From: Vulcanimicrobiota bacterium
GTDB taxonomy: Bacteria > Vulcanimicrobiota > Vulcanimicrobiia > Vulcanimicrobiales > Vulcanimicrobiaceae
Reading direction: 5' to 3'
Assembly (NCBI GenBank): GCA_963733295.1
Contig: CAVTCS010000003.1
Coordinates: 1-64,000 of the forward strand
Length of the DNA stretch: 64,000 nucleotides
Below the pieces are notes generated by a model. It was not told the origin of the DNA and ran no database searches. It worked only from the letters and a program-made list of their open reading frames with translations. How positions within the stretch are numbered: position 1 is the stretch's first letter; each line of letters opens with the position of its first letter. Below are positions 19,046-28,378 of the stretch, one piece after another. The translations under genes and the position numbers were made by a program.

Positions 19046-19107
19046 AAGACGACGGCAACCAACGTGCTTGTAAGCGGCAATAGGTCCATGCGGCCTTTGT
19101 TTGCATA

Positions 19108-19140
19108 TTGACAACAATGGTTACAGGCTGGTAGACTGTA
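19108..19140 (+). promoter_or_regulatory. higBA promoter with inverted-repeat operator
   Basis: TTGACA (19108-13), 18 nt, TG-n-TAGACT (19132-37). Inverted repeat TACAG...CTGTA (19122-19140). Start codon 9 nt downstream, so near-leaderless. Confidence 0.65.
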
Positions 19141-19146
19141 TGAAGT

Positions 19147-19431
19147 GTGCGGATCATTGGGCAAATTGCGCTACAGAAGGCTGCTCGCAAGCGCGCCGAT
19201 GCGGCCAACGCCTTAGCGATGTGGCGTGCGGCTGCTGCATCAGCGCGATGGAGGAATTTCGCTCAACTGAAGGCTGATGTCCCATCGGCTGACTACGTGC
19301 CACCGTTCACGATGTTCAACGTTAAAGGGAATAAATATCGACTGATTGCGTTGATCGACTATGCGGAACAAATCGTCGTGGTGCGGGCAGTCCTCACGCA
19401 CGCAACATATAGCAAGGGAAAGTGGAAATGA
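19147..19431 (+). CDS. higB: HigB-family type II toxin
   Basis: MRII..W..A.W.NFAQLKADVPSAD..FNVKGNKYRLI..THATY. Confidence 0.85.
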   Translation: MRIIGQIALQKAARKRADAANALAMWRAAAASARWRNFAQLKADVPSADYVPPFTMFNVKGNKYRLIALIDYAEQIVVVRAVLTHATYSKGKWK

Positions 19432-19832
19432 CTGCAGCGGCAGAACGGGAATATGGTCGATTGCTGAGTGCGCGTCGACCACATGCGATTAGCACGAAGC
19501 GTGCCTACGATGCGGCGATGCGCGAGATCGGGGAGCTCACGATGCGAGGCGAAGGCCGTTCCGCGGCTGAGACTGAGTATTATCGCGTGCTTTGCGCGCT
19601 GGTTGTCGACTACGAGCGACGCGTTGGAGCCGACCGTTGGCACGAGCTGACCCCTTTGGAAGCGTTGCGCGAGCTTATGGAACTGAAGGGCATAACCCAG
19701 ACGCAGGTGGCGGAAGCGCTCGGAGATCGTGCGGCTGCCTCGTCTATTCTTAGTGGGCGACGGCAGATAAGTAAAGTGCAAGTCAAGCGTCTCGCGAAAC
19801 TCCTCAATGTTGATGCCGGCGTATTTATTTAG
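19428..19832 (+). CDS. higA: HigA-family antitoxin (XRE HTH)
   Basis: ATGA overlap with higB; LVVDYE..PLEALRELME..ITQTQVA..SSILSGRRQIS. Confidence 0.85.
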   Translation: MTAAAEREYGRLLSARRPHAISTKRAYDAAMREIGELTMRGEGRSAAETEYYRVLCALVVDYERRVGADRWHELTPLEALRELMELKGITQTQVAEALGDRAAASSILSGRRQISKVQVKRLAKLLNVDAGVFI

Positions 19833-19862
19833 CCCTCGTCGCCGGGGAAGGTAGCGGTTCGC

Positions 19863-21578
19863 ATGAACGTGCGCTCATCGCCCCGTCCACCGACGTTGCC
19901 GCAACAGGACTCACCGCTCGAACGCATCGCGCGCGATCTCGAGCTGATCGCCGCGCGCCTCATCTACGGTTACGCGGATCCGCAAGCGACGCACCTGCCG
20001 ATGCCGCTCGTCAAAGGGCGTGTAGCGTACCTCGAGATTCCGGGGAACCTGCCGTGGATCAACGGCTTCCTCTGGAACAACGCCGCGAACAACGCCAACG
20101 ATGCGGCGGACACCCGCCTCACCGGGCAGTCGCCCTGGACGCTCCAATCGTATGCGGAAGTCTTCGCGACGGTGAAGGCGCCGCCCGTCGTCGAGAGTTG
20201 GAAGGACGATCGCTCGTTCTGCGTTCAGCGGCTCGCCGGGTTGAATCCGCTGACGCTCACGCGAGTCACGGCCGACGGTTCGGCCGGCGTCGCCTGGTCC
20301 GAGTTGCAACGCCGTGCCCCGTTCGCCGACGACATGTTGAGCCCATGGCTCGGAGGGGACGCGACCTTCGCGCGCGCGATCGCTGAGAACCGTTTGTACG
20401 TTGCGGATTACGCGCAACTCGGCAACATTACGGCCCCCGCCAACGCGCCGGCACCGTGGCAACAGAATCGCAAGCTGCTGGCGCCGCTCGCACTGTTCGT
20501 ACGGCCGAAGGACTTCCCCGGACTCGAACCGGTCGCGATTGCCATCGATCCGCAGATGGTGTTCCGACCGACCGACGACAACGGACGCTGGGAGATGGCT
20601 AAGCTCTTCGTCCAAAGCGCCGACTACAACATCGCGCAAGTTCTCAACCATCTGTTGTTCACCCACCTGATCGAGGAGGCGTTTTGCCTCGCGACGGTGC
20701 GACGACTCGCGTGGTGCCACCCGATCCACCGTTTGCTCGCGCATCACTTCGGCCAACTGCTCATCATCAACGAACTCGGCGTGAGGCTGTTGCTCTCGAC
20801 CGACGGCGCGATGCAGAAGATTCTCCAGGGCGCGCTCGACGGATCGCTCGAACTCATGCGCCAGGCCTACAAGAAGTGGTCGTTCGCGGATCTCGATTTC
20901 GAAGCGCGCCTGGCGTCGCGCGGCGTCGACGATGCGGTCGCGTTGCCGTATTACCCCTACCGCGACGACGGCCGTCTCATCTGGAAACTGCTCGGCGGCT
21001 ATTTGTCCGACTACGTCGACATCTACTACGCGAGCGACGCCGAAGTGCGCGAGGATAGCGAACTGCAGGGCTGGGCGCAAGAGCTTGCCGGCTTACTCGA
21101 TGAAGGCCAGGGTCGCGTGCCGGGCTTTCCCGAGACGATCGGCAGCCGCGAACAGTTGACGCTGGTGTTGCGCCGCATCGTCTGGACGGCCGGGCCGCAG
21201 CACGCCGCGGTCAACTATCCGCAACTCGACTTCGCCTCGTTCATCCCGAACATGACGGCTGCGACCTATCAACCGCCGGTCGCCGCAGGGCCCGTCAGCG
21301 AAGCTGAGTTGCTGGCCATGATGGCGCCGCGCGCCCAAACCGGAACTCAGGTCACGGTGAGCTACGTGTTGGCAGCCTGGCACTACGACCAGCTGCTCAA
21401 TTACGATCTCTGTGCCGCCGATGCATCGCAGCAACTCGTGAGCAAGACCTACGCGCAGCTGCACGGGACGGTGCGCGAGTTGATCGTCTCGCGCAACCGC
21501 GACCGTCGTAAGACTCCCGGGTTGATCGCCTATCCGCACATGCTCCCCGAGAACATCCCGAACGCGACGAGCGTGTAA
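19863..21578 (+). CDS. Bacterial lipoxygenase
   Basis: QRLAGLNP, WEMAKLFV, HLLFTHL, HPIHRLL, YPYRDDG, ELQGW, QHAAVNYPQ and C-terminal IPNATSV. Confidence 0.9.
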   Translation: MNVRSSPRPPTLPQQDSPLERIARDLELIAARLIYGYADPQATHLPMPLVKGRVAYLEIPGNLPWINGFLWNNAANNANDAADTRLTGQSPWTLQSYAEVFATVKAPPVVESWKDDRSFCVQRLAGLNPLTLTRVTADGSAGVAWSELQRRAPFADDMLSPWLGGDATFARAIAENRLYVADYAQLGNITAPANAPAPWQQNRKLLAPLALFVRPKDFPGLEPVAIAIDPQMVFRPTDDNGRWEMAKLFVQSADYNIAQVLNHLLFTHLIEEAFCLATVRRLAWCHPIHRLLAHHFGQLLIINELGVRLLLSTDGAMQKILQGALDGSLELMRQAYKKWSFADLDFEARLASRGVDDAVALPYYPYRDDGRLIWKLLGGYLSDYVDIYYASDAEVREDSELQGWAQELAGLLDEGQGRVPGFPETIGSREQLTLVLRRIVWTAGPQHAAVNYPQLDFASFIPNMTAATYQPPVAAGPVSEAELLAMMAPRAQTGTQVTVSYVLAAWHYDQLLNYDLCAADASQQLVSKTYAQLHGTVRELIVSRNRDRRKTPGLIAYPHMLPENIPNATSV

Positions 21579-24350
21579 CTAGAGGCGCATCGCCTCGACG
21601 ACCGCCTCTTCCGGCGCGAGCGCGCGACCTTCATCGAGCGCGGCCGTCAGCTCAGCCTCGCTGAGATTCGCTTGCAAAAGCGCGCGTGTGTGTGCGTACA
21701 CGAATTGTTCCTGCGGCATGCGCAGGCGCCCGAGCGCTGCGAACTGTGCGTCGGATGCGCCCAGTAAGCGCGTTGCGACGCCGCCCTCGCCGCGCTCGGC
21801 CGCGATACCGGCGAGCAGTTGCAACGCCGCGCCGATGAAACGTCCGCTGCCGCGGCGGCGGCCGTACGACAGTGCTTCGTGCGCGTCGTGGTAGGCCGCG
21901 TCGAGGTCGCCGAGCGCAAAGGCTGCAGCCGCCGCGCCGGTGAGACACCACATGGCCAAGCCTTCCGACGGCCCGCGGCCCATCGCGTCTGCTGCACCTT
22001 GCTGCGCGTAGCCGCGCGAAAGCGCGTAGTCGCCGGCTTGAAATTCGACCTCACTCAAGAACTGGTAGATCATCTCCGTCAGGTAGCGTCCCGGAAGCGG
22101 CCGATAGCACACGAGCGCCTCGTGCAAGAGCTCGCGCCGATGATCGGCTTCCGCGGGATCGGTGCAAACCGCAACGACGCACAGAACCCAGCCCAGCAGC
22201 GCCGGATCGCCGAGCGCGCGCGCGATCGCAAGGCCTTCCTCGGCGAGTCGCAACCCTTCCGTACGCCGGTCCATGTAGTAGCTCGCGAACGCAATGAAAC
22301 CGAGCGCGGAGGCCAGCAGCTTCGGTTTCTCGAGCTCGCGATACAGCACCGCCGCGCGTTCCGCTGCTTCCAGCGAGCCTTTCGGAGAACCGATGTACGA
22401 TTGAAACTTCGCGACCGCGAGCAAGAGTGCGGCTTCGAGCCCCTTGTCGCCGCCGGCGGGGAACGCGGCGATGGCCCGTTCGAGCAGTGCCAATCCCTCA
22501 TGGTACAGTGAGAGTGCTTCGAACACGTAACTCAGCGTACGCACGAACGCGGCGCCGAGCACCGCTTCGGCGCCTTCGCCGAAGGCCCAGTCGAGCGCAG
22601 CACGTGCGTTGTCGAGATCGGCCTCGAGTTGGGCCGGCGCATCGCTTTCGGCATCGGGCTTGCGAATGGATCCTTCGAAGCGCTTCTGGTAGTAGTTCAG
22701 ATGCCGGCGCCCGACCGAGGCTCGCTCTCCGCTTTCGTCGAGACGTTCGCGCGCGTAGGCGCGCGGCGTATCGAGCATGCTGTAGCGCGGGACCTCGTCC
22801 TGAGGATCGGCGCTCACGAGCGACTTGTCGACGAGCGAAGCCAGCGCATCGACGACGTCCCACTCGCCGATCGCACCGTCGGCAACGACGTTCTGCGCGG
22901 CTTGCAGGGTGAACGTACCGGCAAAGATCGACAATCGCTCCAGCACGCGACGTTCGGTTTCGTCGAGCAGGTCGAAACTCCAGTCGAGCGTCGCGCGCAG
23001 CGTTTGCTGACGCGGCAAGGCGCTGCGGTCGCCGCCGGCGAGCAGGCGAAAGCGGTCGTCGAGCCGTTGCGCGAGTGCCGGTAACCCGAGCGTCCGCGCC
23101 CGTGCGGCGGCGAGTTCCAAGGCGAGAGGGATACCGTCAAGCCGGCGGCAGATCGTCACGAGCGCGGCGCGCGCCCGTTCGTCGCCAAGGCCGGATTCGT
23201 CGAAGTTTGACGAGCGCTCGGCGCGTTCCAGAAACAGCTGCACGGCCGGCGAATGACGCAACGCTTCAAGCGAGGGGAGTTGGGGTTCGTCGGCCGGCAC
23301 GGCGAGCGGTGCGAGCCGCACGAGATGTTCGCCTTGCACGCGGAGCGGTTCGCGGCTGGTCGCAAGCACGCGCAGCCGCGGGCACGCGTGCAGTAATTTC
23401 GAGACGATCGCCGCCGCCGCGTCGAGGACGTGTTCGCAGTTGTCGAGCACGAGCAGCGCCTCTTTGTCGTGCAGCGCGGTGATCCAGGCGTCGCTGGCCG
23501 CCGTGCCGACTTGTTCGCGCATGCCGAAGACCGCGCCGACGCGCGCCGAAACGAGTGTCGCTTCACCGACCGGGGCCAGCTCGACGAGCCACGTCCCGTC
23601 GGGAAACGTCCCGTGCAACGCGCGTGCCACTTCGATCGCGAGCCGCGTTTTCCCAACGCCACCGAGTCCGGAGATCGTGACGAGACGGAAGTCCCGCGTC
23701 AGCTTGCTCACGAGTTCGACGTCGGCGCCGCGTCCCACGAAGGATGCCGGCGACTGCGGCAGATTTTCGTTCCGGCTTGCTTCCGAGCGAAGCGGTGGAA
23801 AGTCCGCCGGCAAATCCGGTGCGCCGATCTGATAGACGTGTTCGGCGCGCTCGAGATCCTTCAGACGATGGGAACCGAGGTCGAGTACCGTTGCCTCCGC
23901 GGGTAGCGCACCGCGCGTCAGTTCGAAGGCCACTCCGGAAAGCAATATTTGACCGCCGTGACCGATCGCGAGCAGCCGTGCGGTGCGATTGAGCGGCGGT
24001 CCGAAGAAATCGCCGTCGCGCTCGTCGCAGGATCCGGTGTGCACGGCCATGCGCACGCGAAGCTCTCCGACGCCGGAGAAATCTCCCGCGGCGAGCTCGT
24101 GCTGCGCATTGAGCGCCGCCGCGACGGCTTCGTCCGAGCGCGCGAAGACCGCGCAGAACGCATCGCCGATCGTCTTGAATATGCGACCGCCGGCGTTTTC
24201 AACCGCGTGCCGCAGGATCTCGTCGTGCGCTCGCAGTGCGTCGCTCATCGGACCCGGAGCATGATCCCAGCGCGTCGTGCTGCCTTCGATATCGGTGAAC
24301 AGAAACGTGACCGTGCCGGTCGGTTGCGCGGTCCGGGCCGGCGCGGTTAT
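21579..24350 (-). CDS. Adenylate cyclase - STAND ATPase - TPR protein (second paralogue)
   Basis: PTGTVTFLFTDIEGST, GLGGVGKT, LVLDNCEH. By paralogy the start lies at ~24350, where the codon is ATA after GGAGGG and overlaps the P450 stop. Confidence 0.85.
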   Translation of the reverse strand: MTAPARTAQPTGTVTFLFTDIEGSTTRWDHAPGPMSDALRAHDEILRHAVENAGGRIFKTIGDAFCAVFARSDEAVAAALNAQHELAAGDFSGVGELRVRMAVHTGSCDERDGDFFGPPLNRTARLLAIGHGGQILLSGVAFELTRGALPAEATVLDLGSHRLKDLERAEHVYQIGAPDLPADFPPLRSEASRNENLPQSPASFVGRGADVELVSKLTRDFRLVTISGLGGVGKTRLAIEVARALHGTFPDGTWLVELAPVGEATLVSARVGAVFGMREQVGTAASDAWITALHDKEALLVLDNCEHVLDAAAAIVSKLLHACPRLRVLATSREPLRVQGEHLVRLAPLAVPADEPQLPSLEALRHSPAVQLFLERAERSSNFDESGLGDERARAALVTICRRLDGIPLALELAAARARTLGLPALAQRLDDRFRLLAGGDRSALPRQQTLRATLDWSFDLLDETERRVLERLSIFAGTFTLQAAQNVVADGAIGEWDVVDALASLVDKSLVSADPQDEVPRYSMLDTPRAYARERLDESGERASVGRRHLNYYQKRFEGSIRKPDAESDAPAQLEADLDNARAALDWAFGEGAEAVLGAAFVRTLSYVFEALSLYHEGLALLERAIAAFPAGGDKGLEAALLLAVAKFQSYIGSPKGSLEAAERAAVLYRELEKPKLLASALGFIAFASYYMDRRTEGLRLAEEGLAIARALGDPALLGWVLCVVAVCTDPAEADHRRELLHEALVCYRPLPGRYLTEMIYQFLSEVEFQAGDYALSRGYAQQGAADAMGRGPSEGLAMWCLTGAAAAAFALGDLDAAYHDAHEALSYGRRRGSGRFIGAALQLLAGIAAERGEGGVATRLLGASDAQFAALGRLRMPQEQFVYAHTRALLQANLSEAELTAALDEGRALAPEEAVVEAMRL

Positions 24351-25574
24351 GGGGCGTCCCTCCGTTCGAAACGGATCGGCAGCAGCCGTGCGCCGCAGAG
24401 GTCGAGCGTCGTGATCCACTCGGGCGCGCCGTTGGGCCGCACGTCGCGCAGCCGCGCGGCGAGGACGGCGAAGGCCTCTTCCATCTCGATGTGGGCGACC
24501 TGGTAGCCGAGACAGTGCGTGCTGGCCGTGTCCGAACGTGAGCGGCGGCTTCGCTCGCTTCGCATCGATATCGAACTGTGCGTCGCCGAAGACTTTGCGA
24601 TCGCGGTTAGCGGCGCCGATTCCGATCGTGAGCATCGTACCCCACGGAACGTGCAGGTCTTCGTAATCGAAAGACTGCCAAGCGATCCGCGAAACTCCCG
24701 AGATCGCAGGAACCCAGCGCAGCACTTCCTCGACGGCTGCGTGCGCGAGTTCGGGCCGTTCGGCCAGTAACGCCAACTGATGCGGATGATCGACGAAGGC
24801 CGCGAGTCCGAGCCCGAGCTGGTAGCGCGAACTGTCGGCGAAGGGCAGCCCGACGACCGCCGTGCAGAGCTCTTCGTCGTCGAGGCGGTCGCCGTCGAGA
24901 TCGACCGAGATCAAACGCGAGATCAAGTCGTCGCCGGGCGCGCGGCGTCGCGCGGCGATCGTTTCGGCGGCGATCTTGGAGGCGGTCGCGAGCGCTTTGC
25001 CGACGGCGGCGTGCGAGCCGGGCTGCGGAACGAACATCTCGCCGAGCGTCGCGATGCTGCGTGCGAAAGCCGGACGCTGGTCTTCCGGAATGCCGAGCCA
25101 TTCGTTCCACACGGCGAGCGGAAACGGCAGCGCGAACGCGGAGACGAACTCACATTCTCCCGACGTGCCGAATTTGTCGACCAGGTCGTTCGCGATGCGG
25201 CGCATTGCGGGACGCAAGCGTCCGATGTCGGCCGGCACGATCGCCGCCTGAGTCAGCCGGCGAAGGCGCGCGTGGCTCAAGCCGTTTTGATTCAGCATGA
25301 GCCCGCGCCACCAACGCGCGACGGGCCCCGTGAAGAAGAACCGAAGGTACGTGACGTACGTGCTGAACTGTGAGAGGCGCTGGTCGGCCATGAGCGCTTC
25401 GGCTTGCTCGTAGCGCAGTACCGTGTAGGCGGTGTAGTCGAAGCTGCCGAGGTGCACCAACGGGGTTTGGGCGTACCAGTTCGTTTCGCGCGCCCAGGCG
25501 ACGTCGGAGGAATCGAAACGAAAACCCTTCGCAAACGTAGCGAGCACGGGAACGGGTTTCACCGGCGGAGTCAT
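24347..25574 (-). pseudogene. Cytochrome P450 with a +1 frameshift in the heme-binding motif (real or sequencing error)
   Basis: HARLRRL, VEEVLR (ExxR), AANRD, FGHGQH, then CLGYQVAHIEM..LPIRF in the shifted frame (shift ~24517). Confidence 0.8.
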
Positions 25575-25682
25575 ACGCCTCGCTTCGCTTCTTGGGACGC
25601 GCACCCCCCAAAGGTGGGTCTCGTGGGATTGGGGCTAGGTCCCCGAGCGTGGCCGCTGAACCCAAGCAACGCGGAGGTGCGC

Positions 25683-26831
25683 ATGCTCGATCTCAAAAGC
25701 GCCGGCACTGCATCCTTGGCGTTCATACTGCTTTTTACGCAACTCTCGATTGCAGCAGAGGTCCGCCCAGTGCAGCGATCGACGTCGATCGATGCGCCTG
25801 TACCGAGCGGGCTCGTTGCGGTTATAAAAAACACGCCGCAAAGCGGATCGTTGGATCTAGGAGCGCTAAAAAACCCCTACATCAATGGTGTCGCGTTGCA
25901 GATCCATTGGAGTGACATCGAGCCGATCCAGGGAAAACCGGATTGGTCGCGGCTCGATCAATTGTTCGCCGCCGCAGAGTCATCAAAGAAATGGGTGCAA
26001 CTCTCCATCTACGCCGGCTTTTTCTCTCCCGCATGGGCTCTAAAGGGCGTGAAGACCGAAGAATTGGCTGTGCAATATGGGCCCGACAAAGGCACAGTCA
26101 TGAAGCTTCCGATGCCATGGAACCGCGTGTACCTTACTCGTTGGATTGCATTCCTGAAAAAATTGAGTGAGCGGTACGGGAAGTCACCCGCCTTTCGGGT
26201 GATCTCAGCGGACGGACCGACATCCGTCTCTGAAGAGATGACTTTGCCACAGTCGAAAAGCGATTTGAAGAAATGGCAAAATGATTCATACACATCGTCT
26301 AAGTTCATAGGGGCGTGGCAGAGGGTCTTTGAGGCTTACGCCGCCGACTTTCCGAAACAGTACGTCTCTCTTGCGGTGGGAGACGCGCTTAATATCAATG
26401 ACCAGGGCAAGATGGAGCCTGGTGAGGGCATGACCACGAGGCAAACGATCATCAACCAGGCGATGGGCCTCTTGGGCCCTCGATTCTTGCTCGAGAACCA
26501 TGATCTGCACGCAGGCCCGAAAAATCAGCAAGCGGCCACGAGTTTCGTGATGAGTTATAGCGGGCGCGTCACCACCGGACTGGAGATGCGCTGCGCCTCC
26601 GCACTCGGTACCTGCAGCGCCGCGATGGGCGCTGCGGGTGATCCCCCAGCCGCTTTGAGAAAATCAATCGACAAAGGAATGGAGCCCAACGCCGCCGGTC
26701 AGCATGTCAATTATCTGGAGATTTACGAACCCGATACCGTTGCAGCGGCGATGCAACCGGTGCTGAAGTATGGAGCATCGCTATTCGCTTCCGCGCCTCC
26801 CTTGAGGCCTCGGGCTTCGCCGCCACGCTGA
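25683..26831 (+). CDS. Secreted glycoside-hydrolase-like (GH-A/TIM barrel) protein
   Basis: GGAGG RBS, signal peptide, GVALQIHWSDIEP..G.PDWSRLD, P.PW...Y...W and YLEIY. Confidence 0.6.
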   Translation: MLDLKSAGTASLAFILLFTQLSIAAEVRPVQRSTSIDAPVPSGLVAVIKNTPQSGSLDLGALKNPYINGVALQIHWSDIEPIQGKPDWSRLDQLFAAAESSKKWVQLSIYAGFFSPAWALKGVKTEELAVQYGPDKGTVMKLPMPWNRVYLTRWIAFLKKLSERYGKSPAFRVISADGPTSVSEEMTLPQSKSDLKKWQNDSYTSSKFIGAWQRVFEAYAADFPKQYVSLAVGDALNINDQGKMEPGEGMTTRQTIINQAMGLLGPRFLLENHDLHAGPKNQQAATSFVMSYSGRVTTGLEMRCASALGTCSAAMGAAGDPPAALRKSIDKGMEPNAAGQHVNYLEIYEPDTVAAAMQPVLKYGASLFASAPPLRPRASPPR

Positions 26832-27000
26832 AGATGGAGTCGTGAAGCCTGCGGGTTTGGATCCGGGACAGCGTCATGGTCTACAGCAGGTCTCGGCTTT
26901 TCTTGCCTCTGCTGCGTTCGTAGGACGGCGCTGAGCGTCGCTTAACGCGCAGCTGCCTGGCAGTGTTCGCGGGTTCATGACTGAGCGGCACCCGGCATAC

Positions 27001-27108
27001 TTACGAAGGCGTCGACAAGACGATGTTGTTCGCATCGACGAGCATGATGGCATCATAGCCGCCGACCAGCGTTGCGATCATTGCCAAAACCATGGCTAAG
27101 GTCTTCAT
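27001..27108 (-). CDS. Possible 35-aa hydrophobic small protein
   Basis: MKTLAMVLAMIATLVGGYDAIMLVDANNIVLSTPS with AAAGGGA upstream. Could be a truncated gene. Confidence 0.3.
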   Translation of the reverse strand: MKTLAMVLAMIATLVGGYDAIMLVDANNIVLSTPS

Positions 27109-27340
27109 GTGGGTCCCTTTCTAAGGCAGAGCTTGAGGTGCGGTCGATCCGCATTTGCGGCGCCGATGACCCTATTTGACCACTGCCGCGTCCGAGAACC
27201 GTCCAAAAGGCGTCCTGAAAGCGTCCTCGACCCCGAACGGACCAAAAAAAGCGACCCGAAGCCAGGAGCCCTGCGCTGAAGGGCTCTCCGTCGATCGCGA
27301 AAAACGCGTCGGCACGAGAGAGAGTTTTAGGAGGAGAACG

Positions 27341-27655
27341 ATGCGCTCAATCGCCCCACTCGCGTGTGCACTTGCTTTTGCGTCAGCCGCCATTGTCGTT
27401 TCGACTGAGTCAGCCCGGGCAGACACGTACACCGGCACGGTGACTCACGTTTCGACCGACAACATCAAGGTCAAGGACAGCACGGGCAAGGAGGTCAGTT
27501 TTCTCCTTGCGCCGTCATTCGACCAGGTCTTCTCGTCAGACGGCAAGACCACGTACCAAATGAAAAACCTCAAACCCGGTGGAGCTGTCAAGATTGTGTA
27601 CCATCAACAGCTCGGCATCAGGTACGCGGACAAGATAATCGTCCTCAAGCCGTAG
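27341..27655 (+). CDS. Small secreted beta-rich (OB-fold-like) protein
   Basis: AGGAGG RBS, signal peptide ending ARA, and a TGTVTHV..LKPG.AVKIVY pattern. Confidence 0.7.
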   Translation: MRSIAPLACALAFASAAIVVSTESARADTYTGTVTHVSTDNIKVKDSTGKEVSFLLAPSFDQVFSSDGKTTYQMKNLKPGGAVKIVYHQQLGIRYADKIIVLKP

Positions 27656-27683
27656 CTGCTTCTACGCGCGATCGAGGGCCATC

Positions 27684-28376
27684 ATTAACGCCGCACGCGA
27701 ACCGCTGACTGACATTCGCGAAATCCGACGGTTCCCTGCGCCCGGACCGGAGCCGCTCGGCCTCGCCTTCGACGGAGCGACGTTGTGGATCGCGAGCCGT
27801 GAAGCGCATCGACTGTACGCCGTCGACCCTGCGACATGGACCGTCGGCGAAGAAGTCCAAGCCCCAGGCGCTCCATTCGGGATCACGGTCGGTCGAGGCG
27901 AGATGCGCGTCGTGATCGGTTTCGGCGAGGATGACGACGATCGATACATCTATCGATTCGTCCCGCGCCATGGATTCAAGAGCGATCGTATCGAATGCCC
28001 GGATCTTAGCGGGGCGCACGTCGCCTTCGACGGCGATACGCTCTATTTATCGCAAGCTCATAACCGGCTGATCCTTGCCCTCGACGAGCGCGGCGCGGTA
28101 ATTCGCGAAATCCGGCTCGACCGCACACCCGTCGGCATGATCGTCGTCAAAGGCTTATTCTATCTCGTAACCGGAGAAAAGAATTTCAGAAACTTGCAGC
28201 TCACAAAGGTGGACGCACGCGGAGAGACGCCACGCGTCACCGCGCTTGCGTCCATCCCCTTCACCGCGCGCGGGCTCGCCACTGACGGCTCACAATTCTG
28301 GACCAGCGATCGCACAAACAACGAGATCGTCGCATTCGCAATCCCCAAGTCCGAGCTCGAAGGAATGTTGATCTAG
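27684..28376 (+). CDS. Beta-propeller protein (glutaminyl cyclase/YncE-like)
   Basis: Repeats GLAFDGATLW, VAFDGDTLY and GLATDGSQFW. Coding-like sequence extends upstream of the TTG at 27783; ATT at 27684 follows GAGGG. Confidence 0.6.
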   Translation: MNAAREPLTDIREIRRFPAPGPEPLGLAFDGATLWIASREAHRLYAVDPATWTVGEEVQAPGAPFGITVGRGEMRVVIGFGEDDDDRYIYRFVPRHGFKSDRIECPDLSGAHVAFDGDTLYLSQAHNRLILALDERGAVIREIRLDRTPVGMIVVKGLFYLVTGEKNFRNLQLTKVDARGETPRVTALASIPFTARGLATDGSQFWTSDRTNNEIVAFAIPKSELEGMLI

Positions 28377-28378
28377 GG

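Noticed and set aside
21579..25604. 1341-aa ORF as a straightforward single gene
   Set aside because: The P450 heme Cys and C-terminus continue in another frame, so it is annotated as two genes. The fusion is kept only as a hypothesis.
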